DNA of 46,962 nt from an uncultured Deferribacteres bacterium (GTDB lineage Bacteria > Zhuqueibacterota > Zhuqueibacteria > Zhuqueibacterales > Geothermadaptataceae). The stretch is from contig CAXHAT010000040.1 of NCBI GenBank assembly GCA_964014485.1, forward strand, positions 1 through 46,962, read 5' to 3'. Within the stretch, counting starts at the first letter, position 1, and each line of letters begins with the position of its first letter. Shown in pieces: positions 17,960-27,739 of this stretch. Position numbers and translations under genes: made by a program. Below the pieces are notes generated by a model. It was given only the letters and a program-made list of their open reading frames with translations, had not been told where the DNA came from and did no database searches.

Positions 17960-19315
17960 CTATTTTATGGCTAAAAGACTTTTTGTCGTTCTGAAGAAGA
18001 GCACGCCTTCCGAGACGGCGGGCGTTGCAAAGCAAGGTTCGCCCATTTCGTTCTGCGCCAAAATTTTGAACTCCGCGCCCGCCGCGAGCACGTAAACCGC
18101 GCCGTTTTCGGAAGCGCAGTATATTTTCCCATCCGCGGCAACCAGGGAAGAGATAATCGATGCGCCGGTTTCAAGACGTTCCTCGTAAATCTTCTCGCCG
18201 GTTGTGGCGTTGAAGCAGCGGATCACGCCGTTTGTATTGCCCAAGTAGAGATAATCGCCATAGACAACCGGCGTAGACATGTAAGACCCGCCGCGCATTG
18301 TACTCCAAACCATGGCGTCGCTGGCTGGCGCCTCAGGGGAAGGCGTGACGTCTCCGCTGGCTTCCGGGCGAACGACATAAATCGGGGATTGACCGCCGTG
18401 AGAGTTTGTGATATAAATCCAGCCGTTGGCTTCAAAGGGCGTCGGGACGGGGTTGTCGCCGCCGCCGCGAATTCGCCAAAGCTCTTTTCCTGAGTTCAAA
18501 TCGTAGGAGACGATCCAGGGCCAGCCGTTGACGACGACCTGCGTGCGTTCAGCGCCGGCGTGAATCATCGGCGTTCCCCAACTGCGCTCACAAACGTCTT
18601 TGCGAGAGACGCGCCAGAGTTCCTCGCCGTTTTCAAGGCGCAGCACAACGACGTACGGATTGTCTGGATCATCGCACACGAGCGCGATACGGTCTTGGTG
18701 AATCGCGGGAGAACTGGCGAATCCCCATCCAATTCCGTACTTGCTGATGTTGATGACTCCGAGATCGCGACTCCATTTAAGATTGCCGTCCAAATCATAG
18801 CAATAGAGCCCCTCTGAACCAAAAAAAGCGAGCAGATTGCGTCCGTCCGTTGTCAGACTGGTGTTCGCATGGGTCGCCTTGGCGTGGCGACTGGCTTGGG
18901 GTTTTCCTGTATGGGCGACTTGCCGCCAAAGCTCTTTCCCAGTCCGCTTGTCGAAACAGAGAACGACCCAGCTTTGCACGCCATGATCGTCGGCTGCTGT
19001 CGGTTTTCCGCTTCTGCCAATGCTCAAAGGAGCGTCGCCCGCTTCGGCTACCGCTGAGGCAAGGAAAATGCGATTGCCAAAGATTATTGGGCTGGAATGG
19101 CCTAAGCCGGGAACAGGCGTTCGCCACATGACGCCTTCAATATCGCCTGACATGGCGTCGGCGTTCCAGGCGGTTCTGGCGGGAAAGCCGTCCGCGACGC
19201 CTCGTGCGCCCGTCCCGCGAAACGCAGGCCAATTCTGAGCGTTAGAAGCTCCTGACGCCGCCAGCAGAATGAATGCAACGACCTGAAACGACGGCATTGG
19301 TTGGCGAAATTTCAT
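17960..19315 (-). CDS. PQQ-binding-like (BamB-type) beta-propeller protein
   Basis: Signal peptide, NWPAFRG, GLGHSSPI, repeated G-x-x-x-W blades, ATPAVSEG..FFRT C-terminus. Confidence 0.88.
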   Translation of the reverse strand: MKFRQPMPSFQVVAFILLAASGASNAQNWPAFRGTGARGVADGFPARTAWNADAMSGDIEGVMWRTPVPGLGHSSPIIFGNRIFLASAVAEAGDAPLSIGRSGKPTAADDHGVQSWVVLCFDKRTGKELWRQVAHTGKPQASRHAKATHANTSLTTDGRNLLAFFGSEGLYCYDLDGNLKWSRDLGVINISKYGIGWGFASSPAIHQDRIALVCDDPDNPYVVVLRLENGEELWRVSRKDVCERSWGTPMIHAGAERTQVVVNGWPWIVSYDLNSGKELWRIRGGGDNPVPTPFEANGWIYITNSHGGQSPIYVVRPEASGDVTPSPEAPASDAMVWSTMRGGSYMSTPVVYGDYLYLGNTNGVIRCFNATTGEKIYEERLETGASIISSLVAADGKIYCASENGAVYVLAAGAEFKILAQNEMGEPCFATPAVSEGVLFFRTTKSLLAIK

Positions 19316-19366
19316 CTGATCTCCAAAAGGTTACTGATTGACTGCGTTTCGAATGGCGTTTTTCCT

Positions 19367-20227
19367 TCAGCGCGCTGAGAAGTTCGGCTGCGAAGCAAAT
19401 TCTTTAAAAAATAGTTCAGCGTCAACAAGATGGTCGAATCCAAAAATCCAGCACGTCTCCGATACGTCGGAAAAATCCAGCCCGCCTTTGGCGATGGATG
19501 GATTATGGTAGCGCTCTTCTTGGCCGTTGTACCTGTTTGCGATTTCTATGGCCGTTTCCCAGATTTTCACCAGCTTCTGGTCAGTGATGCGATCCCGCCA
19601 TTTGACGACTTTTTCGCTGTTAAGTCCGGGCGAGCCGTTCCCGACGACGTTGCCGTCCGGGATTTTGTGGTACATGGCGTTCGATTTGACATAGCCTAGA
19701 TTTTCCGGTGCTGTGACGCTTTCGTTCCAGTCGCTATGCTGAACGACGTGAATTCGTTGCTCCGTCGCAATTTTCGGGAGCGTTTTTTTGATGCTTCTGA
19801 CAATATCTGATGAAAAATCCGATTGCCCGGCGTCAGCAATCCAGACCTCCCCGCCGTTTTGCAGAGTTTTCGAAACAAGATTTGTTACTTCGTGCAAGGC
19901 TTTGGCGCGATCCGCGTGCGCGTCCGACCAATTGTTTCCAAACGCGGCTTCAAACAATTCATTGCCTGGAACATACAGCCCGATCTGGGTTCCGTAGGCT
20001 CCGGCAACTGCATGATAGCGCACATTTTTGAAGCGCGGGTCAGCCAGCATGGTCGCCACGCCCGCGACGGAGTGGAGATCATCAACGTCCGTCTTAACGT
20101 CGAATTGAGCAAGGAACAAATCCTTCTCGATCCGAAAGTTACCGATTTTTTCCGGTGAAGGCGGCGAAGAACTGCAAGAAAGAAGAAACGCGAGGAAAAA
20201 TAGCATGACCCTCGAAAATGAGCTCAT
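19367..20227 (-). CDS. Hypothetical lipoprotein, possible nucleoside-hydrolase-like fold
   Basis: Lipobox LLSC; acidic D-x-K-T-D-V-D-D motif near the N-terminus; AGQSDF and VVQHSDWNE segments. Confidence 0.55.
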   Translation of the reverse strand: MSSFSRVMLFFLAFLLSCSSSPPSPEKIGNFRIEKDLFLAQFDVKTDVDDLHSVAGVATMLADPRFKNVRYHAVAGAYGTQIGLYVPGNELFEAAFGNNWSDAHADRAKALHEVTNLVSKTLQNGGEVWIADAGQSDFSSDIVRSIKKTLPKIATEQRIHVVQHSDWNESVTAPENLGYVKSNAMYHKIPDGNVVGNGSPGLNSEKVVKWRDRITDQKLVKIWETAIEIANRYNGQEERYHNPSIAKGGLDFSDVSETCWIFGFDHLVDAELFFKEFASQPNFSAR

Positions 20228-20665
20228 TTTAGATCAGCCGGTGATTTTTACATTGTTCACAACCAGGAAAATTTTCGCCGCAACAAATCGCAATTTCGGA
20301 CTTTCCTATAGCCGGATGAAAAAGTATTGGCGGCGAAGTACAAACGCAATCCTCGCAGTCAGAGTCAAGAAAAAAGGCCTAAATGTCGTCTTTTATAAAA
20401 AGCGGAGTGCGTGACTGGTTGCCCTTGCTGCGAGATGCGGAATTTTCAAACGAATCATCGAATGTCGAGACGACTCCCGAATCTGTCGACCTAAAATCTG
20501 TAGCAATTTTGCAAAAATTGTCGTACGATAGGCAGTTGCCCGATAAACTCCTATTTTAAAATGGCTTAGGTTTATCTCTAAACACAAGAGACGGAGTGCA
20601 TCGGGCTTTTTTTGATCAAGACAAAGAACTATTCAAACAGTACTTATTTTCATAAGGCATAACCA

Positions 20666-21709
20666 ATGACTGTGTTGATCGTTGTTGTACTTCTCACGGT
20701 GGCCATTTCGGCGAGCTGTTCGCTTTTCGAAGCCGTCTTGTATTCAACGAGACTCTCGACTGTGGAAGCCGCCAAAAAAAAGAAGAAGATGATGAGAGTG
20801 GCTTCTGTGTTTTCAGAAATGAAAAAAAACGTTGCACCGCCTATCGCCGCAATTTTGATTTTGAACACAATCGCAAACACGGCTGGAGCGACAATCGCGG
20901 GCATGTACGCGACCGGCGTATTGGGCTCGGCCTGGGTGCCTGTTTTTTCTGCGCTTCTAACCATCTCGATTCTTGTTTTTTCTGAAATTATCCCCAAGAC
21001 GGTTGGCGTGGTTTATTGGCGAAGCCTCTGGACGATGATTGCATATCCGTTGCGTTTTATGCGATTTATTTTGACGCCGATCATCTTCCTGACCCAAAAA
21101 ATGACCAGCAAATTGACAAGCGGCCAAAACGGGGCTTCGATTACTGAAGATGAGATTTTACATTTTGTACAGCTCGGAGCGAAAGAGGGAGAGATTTCCA
21201 GGGAAGAGAGCCAGATGATTGAAAGCATCATTAATCTGGAGAATATCCCAATCCGAAAAATCATGACTCCCCGCCGCGTCGCCTTCTCGCTCAATGTAAG
21301 CACCGATTTGAAGACCACGTTGGAACTCATAGATAAACATGCGTTTACGCGCATTCCTGTTTACGAAAATGACCGCGAGCACATTATCGGCTACACGATG
21401 CGTACGGATATTCAGGATGCTGCGATTGAAGACGAAAAAAGCTTCAATCTCAAAGCTCTGGTGAAACCGATTACTTTTGAGCGAGATACGGCAAATTGCC
21501 TGTCATTGCTGGTTTCTTTTCTTAAACATCGCCGACACATTGCGATTGTAACGGATGAATTTGGGGGCATGGACGGCATCATTACGCTAGAAGATTTACT
21601 CGAGACGGCCATCGGGATGGAGATTGTCGATGAGACAGATCAGGCGGTGGATTTGCAAAAAATTGCGCGTGAAAAAGCGAACAAAGCTCAAAAGCCGAGA
21701 TCGGCTTAA
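20666..21709 (+). CDS. CNNM/DUF21-CBS domain membrane protein (hemolysin/CorC-like)
   Basis: SASCSLFEAVL, ILILNTIANT, FSEIIPKT, IMTPR, TRIPVY and DEFGGMDGIITLEDLLE motifs. Confidence 0.92.
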   Translation: MTVLIVVVLLTVAISASCSLFEAVLYSTRLSTVEAAKKKKKMMRVASVFSEMKKNVAPPIAAILILNTIANTAGATIAGMYATGVLGSAWVPVFSALLTISILVFSEIIPKTVGVVYWRSLWTMIAYPLRFMRFILTPIIFLTQKMTSKLTSGQNGASITEDEILHFVQLGAKEGEISREESQMIESIINLENIPIRKIMTPRRVAFSLNVSTDLKTTLELIDKHAFTRIPVYENDREHIIGYTMRTDIQDAAIEDEKSFNLKALVKPITFERDTANCLSLLVSFLKHRRHIAIVTDEFGGMDGIITLEDLLETAIGMEIVDETDQAVDLQKIAREKANKAQKPRSA

Positions 21710-21952
21710 AACGCCTCTTGCCGCACAAACCAAACTGCGGAGCTGTTTTCAAGGCGGGCCGGCATCAATCGCTTTAGCATTTTTGGGCATGCACAAATAA
21801 AGGCGCTGAGGCTGGCTGACCGATGATCCTGGGGCTGACGGCGGGCGCTCCGTCTCGCTCGGTTTCGCTTGATTTTTCATTAGGATAGGCTTAAAACTGC
21901 GCCGTACCCGCCAAAATGTTTCCTAACTATTTGCGTGTGGAGGCGCAGGAAA

Positions 21953-22714
21953 ATGAAGATGAAAAGCGTTTGCAGCAGCCTACTCTTTTTAGCGTCAAGC
22001 TTTGGTTTGTGCTATGCACAGGGAACCAAAGACGACGTTCACCTCATTCAAAATTTATTCTTCGACTCGGCCAAAGCTCCCAAAACCTACATCAACGGGG
22101 GGCTGGACTACGCTTCTTTTGATTTTTTGAATAGATTTACCGCTGGCGGAAGCGTCCATGCGCCGGTTTCGCCGTTGCTTGAAGTCGGAGCCGGGTTGAA
22201 CTATCTGAACCTTAATCCCGAAGTCGGAGACAGCCGCTCCGGATTAAGCGACTTATTTGTGAGCGGCAAATATCATCTGGATTTTGAGCAAGCGCAATTG
22301 GCCGCTGGAGGATTTGTCACTTTCCCGCTGGGAAGCGATGAGGTGGGCGGCGGTTCGTTTGATTTTGGCGGTTTTGGCGCCGGACGACTCGGATTGTTAG
22401 AAAGTACGGTCCTGACCGGAATGGTTGGCCTCTTTTCATTTGACGTCGGTTCGAGTCAAAACAGTTCGGGTAACGTTGTTTCGGATCGTGATTTTGTCCT
22501 GCAATTGGCGCCTGGGATTATTCACCAGCTCAACGACAAAACCCATTTGATCGGCGAACTGACCATTCAAACAAACACCAGTTTCATGCAGCTTTCTGTC
22601 GGCGGTGACCTTGAGACGTCTTCCAAAGGTCGGTTCCGCCCCGCGATTGCTCTGGGGCTCGATAACGCGGCCCCGGATATTTCTCTCACCGCATCCTACC
22701 TGGTTTCATTTTAA
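21953..22714 (+). CDS. Small outer-membrane beta-barrel protein
   Basis: RBS GGAGG at 21939-21943, signal peptide, SGLSD..V.GKY and LTF-PxG-like segments, C-terminal Phe. Confidence 0.6.
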   Translation: MKMKSVCSSLLFLASSFGLCYAQGTKDDVHLIQNLFFDSAKAPKTYINGGLDYASFDFLNRFTAGGSVHAPVSPLLEVGAGLNYLNLNPEVGDSRSGLSDLFVSGKYHLDFEQAQLAAGGFVTFPLGSDEVGGGSFDFGGFGAGRLGLLESTVLTGMVGLFSFDVGSSQNSSGNVVSDRDFVLQLAPGIIHQLNDKTHLIGELTIQTNTSFMQLSVGGDLETSSKGRFRPAIALGLDNAAPDISLTASYLVSF

Positions 22715-22719
22715 CCTTT

Positions 22720-24372
22720 ATGAAAAACAAGGCTTTGCTAGTCGATGAGCGCGATGACGTCGTCGTTGCGCTCAAGGCCCTTGCAGCAGGTGAAACGGTC
22801 GCCGTAAACGGTAACACGGTCGAACTGCAAGAAAATATCCCGCCTAAGCACAAATTTGCTGCAAGGCGCTTTGAGGCTGGCGAGAGCGTAAAAATGTACG
22901 GCATTATTGTGGGCGAGGCGCTGCGCGGTATTCCCAAAGGCGGGCTCATTTCAACAAAGAATATTGTCCACGCCGCCGCCGACTATTCTTTAACTCATGG
23001 AAAAAGGAATTGGAAGCAACCTGATACAGCGAGTTTATCGGAACTAAAATTCGACGGCTTCCACCGAAAGGACGGGCGCGTTGGTACGGCGAATTATTGG
23101 ATTGTCGTGCCCATGGTTTTTTGCGAAAATCGCAATTTGCTGACCATGAAAGACGCTTTTGTCAAGGAGTTGGGTTATGACCGGATGGAAGGCTATCGTT
23201 TGCAAGTTCGGACGCTTGCCGAAGCCTGCCGAAACGGTGAGAATGAAAACGCGATTCTGGCCAAAAGCTTCAAATCCGCGAATTCAATCGACTCTCGCAG
23301 CAAATTATTTCCAAATGTCGACGGCATCAAGTTCTTGACCCACCACCTCGGCTGCGGCGGCACGCGTAAGGACGCTGACGATCTTTGCGGCTTGCTTGCC
23401 GGATACATCACCCATCCCAATGTTGCGGGGGCGACCGTGCTCAGCCTGGGCTGTCAAAACGCCCAAGTCGAGACGTTGAAAGCAGAGATTTCCAAGCGAG
23501 ACCACCAGTTTGAAAAGCCGCTTTTCTTTTTTGAGCAGCAGCAATATTCTTCTGAAAAGCGTTTGTTGGAAGACGCGATCAAACATACGTTTTGCGGCCT
23601 GATGACTGCCGATAAAATGCGCCGAAAACCGGCGCCAATCAGCAAGTTGACTATTGGCGTTGAATGCGGCGGCTCGGACGGCTTTTCTGGAATCAGCGCC
23701 AATCCTGCGATGGGCTTTTGCAGCGATTTGCTCGTTGCGCTTGGCGGGGCCGTCGTTTTAGCGGAATTCCCGGAGTTGTGCGGCGTTGAGCAAGATTTGA
23801 TAGATCGCTGCGTGAATCGTGAAATTGCCGAGAAGTTTATCAAAATCCAGCGTCTTTATGCCGCCCAGGTCAGGTCGGTCGGCTCGGACTTCGCGTTCAA
23901 CCCCTCCCCTGGAAACATCAGGGACGGCTTGATTACGGATGCAATGAAGTCAGCAGGGGCGGCGAAAAAAGGCGGGACGTCGCAGGTGACGGACGTGCTG
24001 GATTATCCGGAATTTGTCACTAAGCCCGGTCTTAATTTGCTCTGCACGCCCGGCGGAGATGTTGAATCGACGACCGCGTTGGCTGGAGCGGGGGCGAACA
24101 TCATCCTGTTTTCGACCGGTCTGGGCACGCCGACGGGAAATCCTGTCGCCCCGGTGGTGAAAATTTCCAGCAATTCTGAGCTGGCAAGACGAATGCCGGA
24201 TATCATCGATATTGACGCCGGTGGCGTGATTCGCGGCGAAGAAACGATTCAGGACGTCGGTGAGAGAATTCTCAGGTATTGCGCGCGCTTGGCCGGCGGC
24301 AAAGTGACGACCAAGGCGATGGATTTGGATCAAGACGATTTTATCCCCTGGAAGCGCGGCGTTTCGCTGTAA
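22720..24372 (+). CDS. uxaA: UxaA family altronate dehydratase (SAF + D-galactarate/altronate dehydratase domain)
   Basis: DDVVVAL...HKFA SAF domain, GRVGTAN, LGCG, ECGGSDGFSGISANP, NPSPGNIRDGL and FSTGLGTPTG. Confidence 0.9.
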   Translation: MKNKALLVDERDDVVVALKALAAGETVAVNGNTVELQENIPPKHKFAARRFEAGESVKMYGIIVGEALRGIPKGGLISTKNIVHAAADYSLTHGKRNWKQPDTASLSELKFDGFHRKDGRVGTANYWIVVPMVFCENRNLLTMKDAFVKELGYDRMEGYRLQVRTLAEACRNGENENAILAKSFKSANSIDSRSKLFPNVDGIKFLTHHLGCGGTRKDADDLCGLLAGYITHPNVAGATVLSLGCQNAQVETLKAEISKRDHQFEKPLFFFEQQQYSSEKRLLEDAIKHTFCGLMTADKMRRKPAPISKLTIGVECGGSDGFSGISANPAMGFCSDLLVALGGAVVLAEFPELCGVEQDLIDRCVNREIAEKFIKIQRLYAAQVRSVGSDFAFNPSPGNIRDGLITDAMKSAGAAKKGGTSQVTDVLDYPEFVTKPGLNLLCTPGGDVESTTALAGAGANIILFSTGLGTPTGNPVAPVVKISSNSELARRMPDIIDIDAGGVIRGEETIQDVGERILRYCARLAGGKVTTKAMDLDQDDFIPWKRGVSL

Positions 24373-24380
24373 ATGTGGTG

Positions 24381-24407
24381 ATAGGGGCGATTGCAATACG
24401 CCCCGGC
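24381..24407. repeat. Degenerate GTAG-type REP palindrome between convergent genes (may also act as a terminator)
   Basis: ATAGGGGCG-ATTGCAATA-CGCCCCGGC. Confidence 0.55.
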
Positions 24408-24417
24408 AGTTCACAAA

Positions 24418-26310
24418 TTATTTTTTGGATGGTTCGGCAAACTGGGCGAATTCTTCCCGCAAGGAAGCGGCGTCCCAGCCTAAATCTTTGTCTTTGTGCG
24501 CTCTTTCCTGTTCTTCCAACATCAGTTCTTGCAATTCTTCAAAATGACGGCGAACGCGCTTTAAGTGATCCCCGCTTTCTTTCCTTAATTTTGCAAATTT
24601 CTTTAACGCGTTTTGGTCTCTCTTAAAAAACTTTTTTGAAGCGCGATTGACCTGGTAGCATCGGAATCCCAGCTCGTTCAGAGCGTCAAGGCCGAGGCGC
24701 AAGGAGGTGTCAAAGGTTTCTCGGTAGACGTTTTCTATACCCAAGTCCATGTACTCATAAGCGTCTTCCCAGCCGTTGGAGCGGACTAAAATCTGCATAT
24801 GCGGGAAATGCTTTTGCGCCGTTTCCACAATTTCCAGGCCCTTCTCCGGCGCGTCAACGGCAACAATCAAAATTTGCGCTTCAGCCGCGCCCGCCGCTTT
24901 AAGCAAGTCGAAGCGAGAAGCGTCGCCATAGTAAACCTCCAGTCCGAGTTTTCTCAAAAAATCAACGTTGTCGGGGTTGACGTCGAGGTAGGTCGATTGT
25001 ACGCCGTTAGCCTGCAAGAACCGTCCAACGACGCTGCCGAATCGGCCAAACCCGGCGATGATGACTTTTTTGTGTTCTTCAATCGCGTCCGGCTCCCGGT
25101 CAACGGTTTCCTTAACGCCGAAGCGCGGTTGAATCAGTTTTTCGTTGATCAGCATAATCAGCGGCGACAGCCCCATACTGAGCGCAACGACCGCCACGAG
25201 CGGACTCGCCACCGTTTCGCTGAGAACGTTGTTCTGCGTTGCGAACGAAAAGAGCACAAATCCAAATTCTCCGCCTTGCGCCAAAGTAAACGTAAACAAG
25301 AAGTTGTTATCCAACCCCATCTTGAAAATGCGCCCGATCAAAAACAGAACGACGAATTTGACCGCGATGAGAGCGACGACCAATTCGCTGATCAGTAGCG
25401 GATCATTTGCGATAAGTTGAAAATCGATTGAGGCGCCTACGGCGATAAAAAACAGGCCGAGCAGCAAGCCTTTGAACGGTTCAATGTCAGTTTCGAGTTC
25501 ATGACGGTACTCACTTTGCGCCAAAACAACGCCGGCAAGGAAAGTCCCCAGCGCCGGACTGAGGCCGACTTGCGTCATGAGAATGGCGATTCCGATCACC
25601 AGCAGGAGGGAAGCGGCGGTAAAAATTTCGCGCAAGCCCGTCTTTGCGATGGTGCGAAACAAGGGGGTGAGCAAATATTTTCCGGCGAGGACGATGGCTG
25701 CAATAATCCCTAGAACAGAAAGCGTTTGCGCCCAAACCGGCAATCCGTCGATCCAGGTGTGATGATCTGCAGCGCCGCCTGATACTGCGCCGACGGCCAA
25801 CAAAGGCATAAATGCCAAAATGGGAATGACGGCAATATCCTGAAAAAGCAGCACGGAAAAGGCGTTCTGCCCGCCTTCGGTTTTGGTCAGACCTTTTTCG
25901 TTCAGGGACTGCATGACGATGGCGGTTGAAGAGAGCGCGAGCGTCAGGCCGATTGCCAGCGATGATTGCCAACTCAATCCGGCAATAACGCCGATTGCGA
26001 GAATGGCCAGCGCCGTTCCGAGCACTTGTGCGCCGCCCAAGCCGAGAATTGGAACGCGCAATTTCCAGAGCAGCGAAGGCTGTAACTCCAGGCCGATCAA
26101 AAAGAGCATCATCACAACGCCGAATTCCGCGAAGTGCATGACGCTTTGCCCTTCTTCGCCGATCAGGCCGATTCCAAACGGGCCGATGACAATTCCGGCG
26201 AGCAGGTAACCAAGAACGGAGCCAAGCCCCAGCCTTTTGGCAATCGGCACTGAAATGACTGCGGCAGCCAAATAGACAAAAGCTTGGTAAAAAAAGCCGC
26301 CCTCGTGCAT
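24418..26310 (-). CDS. kefC: Glutathione-regulated potassium efflux antiporter, KefB/KefC (CPA2 + TrkA-N)
   Basis: RLGLGSVLGYL, FAEFGVVMMLF, HELETDIEPFKGLLLGLFF, QGGEFGFV, IAGFGRFG and YYGDASR. KefB versus KefC cannot be separated by eye. Confidence 0.88.
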   Translation of the reverse strand: MHEGGFFYQAFVYLAAAVISVPIAKRLGLGSVLGYLLAGIVIGPFGIGLIGEEGQSVMHFAEFGVVMMLFLIGLELQPSLLWKLRVPILGLGGAQVLGTALAILAIGVIAGLSWQSSLAIGLTLALSSTAIVMQSLNEKGLTKTEGGQNAFSVLLFQDIAVIPILAFMPLLAVGAVSGGAADHHTWIDGLPVWAQTLSVLGIIAAIVLAGKYLLTPLFRTIAKTGLREIFTAASLLLVIGIAILMTQVGLSPALGTFLAGVVLAQSEYRHELETDIEPFKGLLLGLFFIAVGASIDFQLIANDPLLISELVVALIAVKFVVLFLIGRIFKMGLDNNFLFTFTLAQGGEFGFVLFSFATQNNVLSETVASPLVAVVALSMGLSPLIMLINEKLIQPRFGVKETVDREPDAIEEHKKVIIAGFGRFGSVVGRFLQANGVQSTYLDVNPDNVDFLRKLGLEVYYGDASRFDLLKAAGAAEAQILIVAVDAPEKGLEIVETAQKHFPHMQILVRSNGWEDAYEYMDLGIENVYRETFDTSLRLGLDALNELGFRCYQVNRASKKFFKRDQNALKKFAKLRKESGDHLKRVRRHFEELQELMLEEQERAHKDKDLGWDAASLREEFAQFAEPSKK

Positions 26311-26396
26311 GGAGAGTCTCCCTGTTTTATATCAAAATTCTATGACTCTGACCTGAATTACTTATGAACTGCAAATTTATGTTTAACATTCTGCTC

Positions 26397-26469
26397 TGTC
26401 ATACCCGCGCAGTCGGGTATCCAGGGGCATTGCCCGATTGGCTGGATTCCCGCCTGCGTGGGTATGACA
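26397..26469. repeat. Palindromic element of the GTCAT(T/A)CCCGC...GCGGG(A/T)ATGAC type
   Basis: 28-bp imperfect inverted repeat at 26397-26424 and 26442-26469. It shares CAT(T/A)CCCGCGCAG with the element at 16700. Confidence 0.8.
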
Positions 26470-26497
26470 TTTGTGAACAATTAAAATAGAGCCGATT

Positions 26498-27106
26498 CTA
26501 ATTTCCGTTGCGAATAATTCGATCCAAATCCGCGTTGATGCGATCTTTTCTAAAGGCGCGGTCGAGATCGATTTGATCTTTTGACAACGCATCTAAAAAC
26601 CGATGCAATTCCCGGCGATGCGTTTCAATGTCTTCGCGAGCAAGAGAATGCGTGCCGTGAACGATAAACGGCGGTAAATATCTCATTTTGCATAACTTAA
26701 ACGTCTGCTCCAGGGGAAGCAAAAGCTCGCGCATCGTGCGACCGTTATACCCTTCGCGAGAATAGGCGTCTTCCATGCCGCCGGTGGTGATGACGTTCAT
26801 CACGTGCTTGCCCTTGAGTGCATTGCCTTCGCTGCCGTAAGCCCATCCATGCTCCAAAACCAAATCCTGCCACTCTTTTAGAATTGCCGGCGTGCTGTAC
26901 CAGAAAAACGGGTGATGCAGAATAATAAAATCGTGCTCTTCCAACAACTTCTGCTCGTGGTCGACATCGATGTCGAGTTCGGGATACGCCTGGTACAAGT
27001 CGTGAAACGTCACGGCCTCCAATTGCTCGATTCCCTTGATCAAGTATTTGTTGATTCTGGATTTTTCCAACGCCGGGTGGGCGAAAAGAACAAGGATTTT
27101 GTTCAT
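26498..27106 (-). CDS. kefG: Kef ancillary NAD(P)H oxidoreductase (flavodoxin-2 fold, KefG/KefF-like)
   Basis: ILVLFAHP, HDLYQAYP and HPFFWYSTPAILKEWQDLVLEHGWAYG; directly upstream of the kef antiporter. Confidence 0.8.
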   Translation of the reverse strand: MNKILVLFAHPALEKSRINKYLIKGIEQLEAVTFHDLYQAYPELDIDVDHEQKLLEEHDFIILHHPFFWYSTPAILKEWQDLVLEHGWAYGSEGNALKGKHVMNVITTGGMEDAYSREGYNGRTMRELLLPLEQTFKLCKMRYLPPFIVHGTHSLAREDIETHRRELHRFLDALSKDQIDLDRAFRKDRINADLDRIIRNGN

Positions 27107-27190
27107 GATAACTTTGGCAGGTTTTAAAGTGGGGGCTTCAAATGAATTTGTGTGGATGAAGTCTATAAATGTATGTTTCTCCGCCGCCGC

Positions 27191-27410
27191 GTCATTCCGA
27201 ACAGAATCTATCGTCTGTTCGAATTTTTTCTTATCCCGAGATTTTTAGAAACGATTGAGCGTGTTTTTTCTTTGGAGTGAGGAATCTCAACCATCGTCGT
27301 TTGAGAACGGCTGAGATTCCTCACTCGTAGCTAAAAACAGTTATTGACTGGTAAGCGCATTATCGTGTCAATCATGTCTCATTTTTATCAAAAAATCCGT
27401 TCGGAATGAC
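27191..27410. repeat. Expanded palindromic element GTCATTCCGAAC...GAGTGAGGAATCTCA / TGAGATTCCTCACTC...GTTCGGAATGAC
   Basis: Perfect 12-bp outer IR (27191-27202/27399-27410) and perfect 15-bp inner IR (27275-27289/27312-27326). Confidence 0.8.
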
Positions 27411-27739
27411 ACGTAAAAATACCGCGTTCGATTGATTTGCGGCGACAACTTTTTAAATTCTATCGCGCAGTTGAATATTATAGAATAAACGCTTCAGGCA
27501 AGAAATTCCAGACGTTTTACAATTGGTGAAAAACGAGGATGGAGGAGGGATGGTGGTATTTTCTTGATCTTATTATAGTGGTTTGTATTATTGAAGCAAG
27601 AGGGAGATCGTGGGATATGTATCAAATTTGGTTCTGAAACGGGAGATCTTTCACGAAAACTCGCACGAAATATGGGCAGGATGTGCGACTCCCTATTGAG
27701 CAGAATAATCCAATGTTAGATTATAAATGGACTAATGTG

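Noticed and set aside
20463..20546. Weak inverted similarity upstream of the CNNM gene (possible riboswitch or REPIN)
   Set aside because: It is too degenerate to define arms, and no known riboswitch consensus could be recognised by eye.
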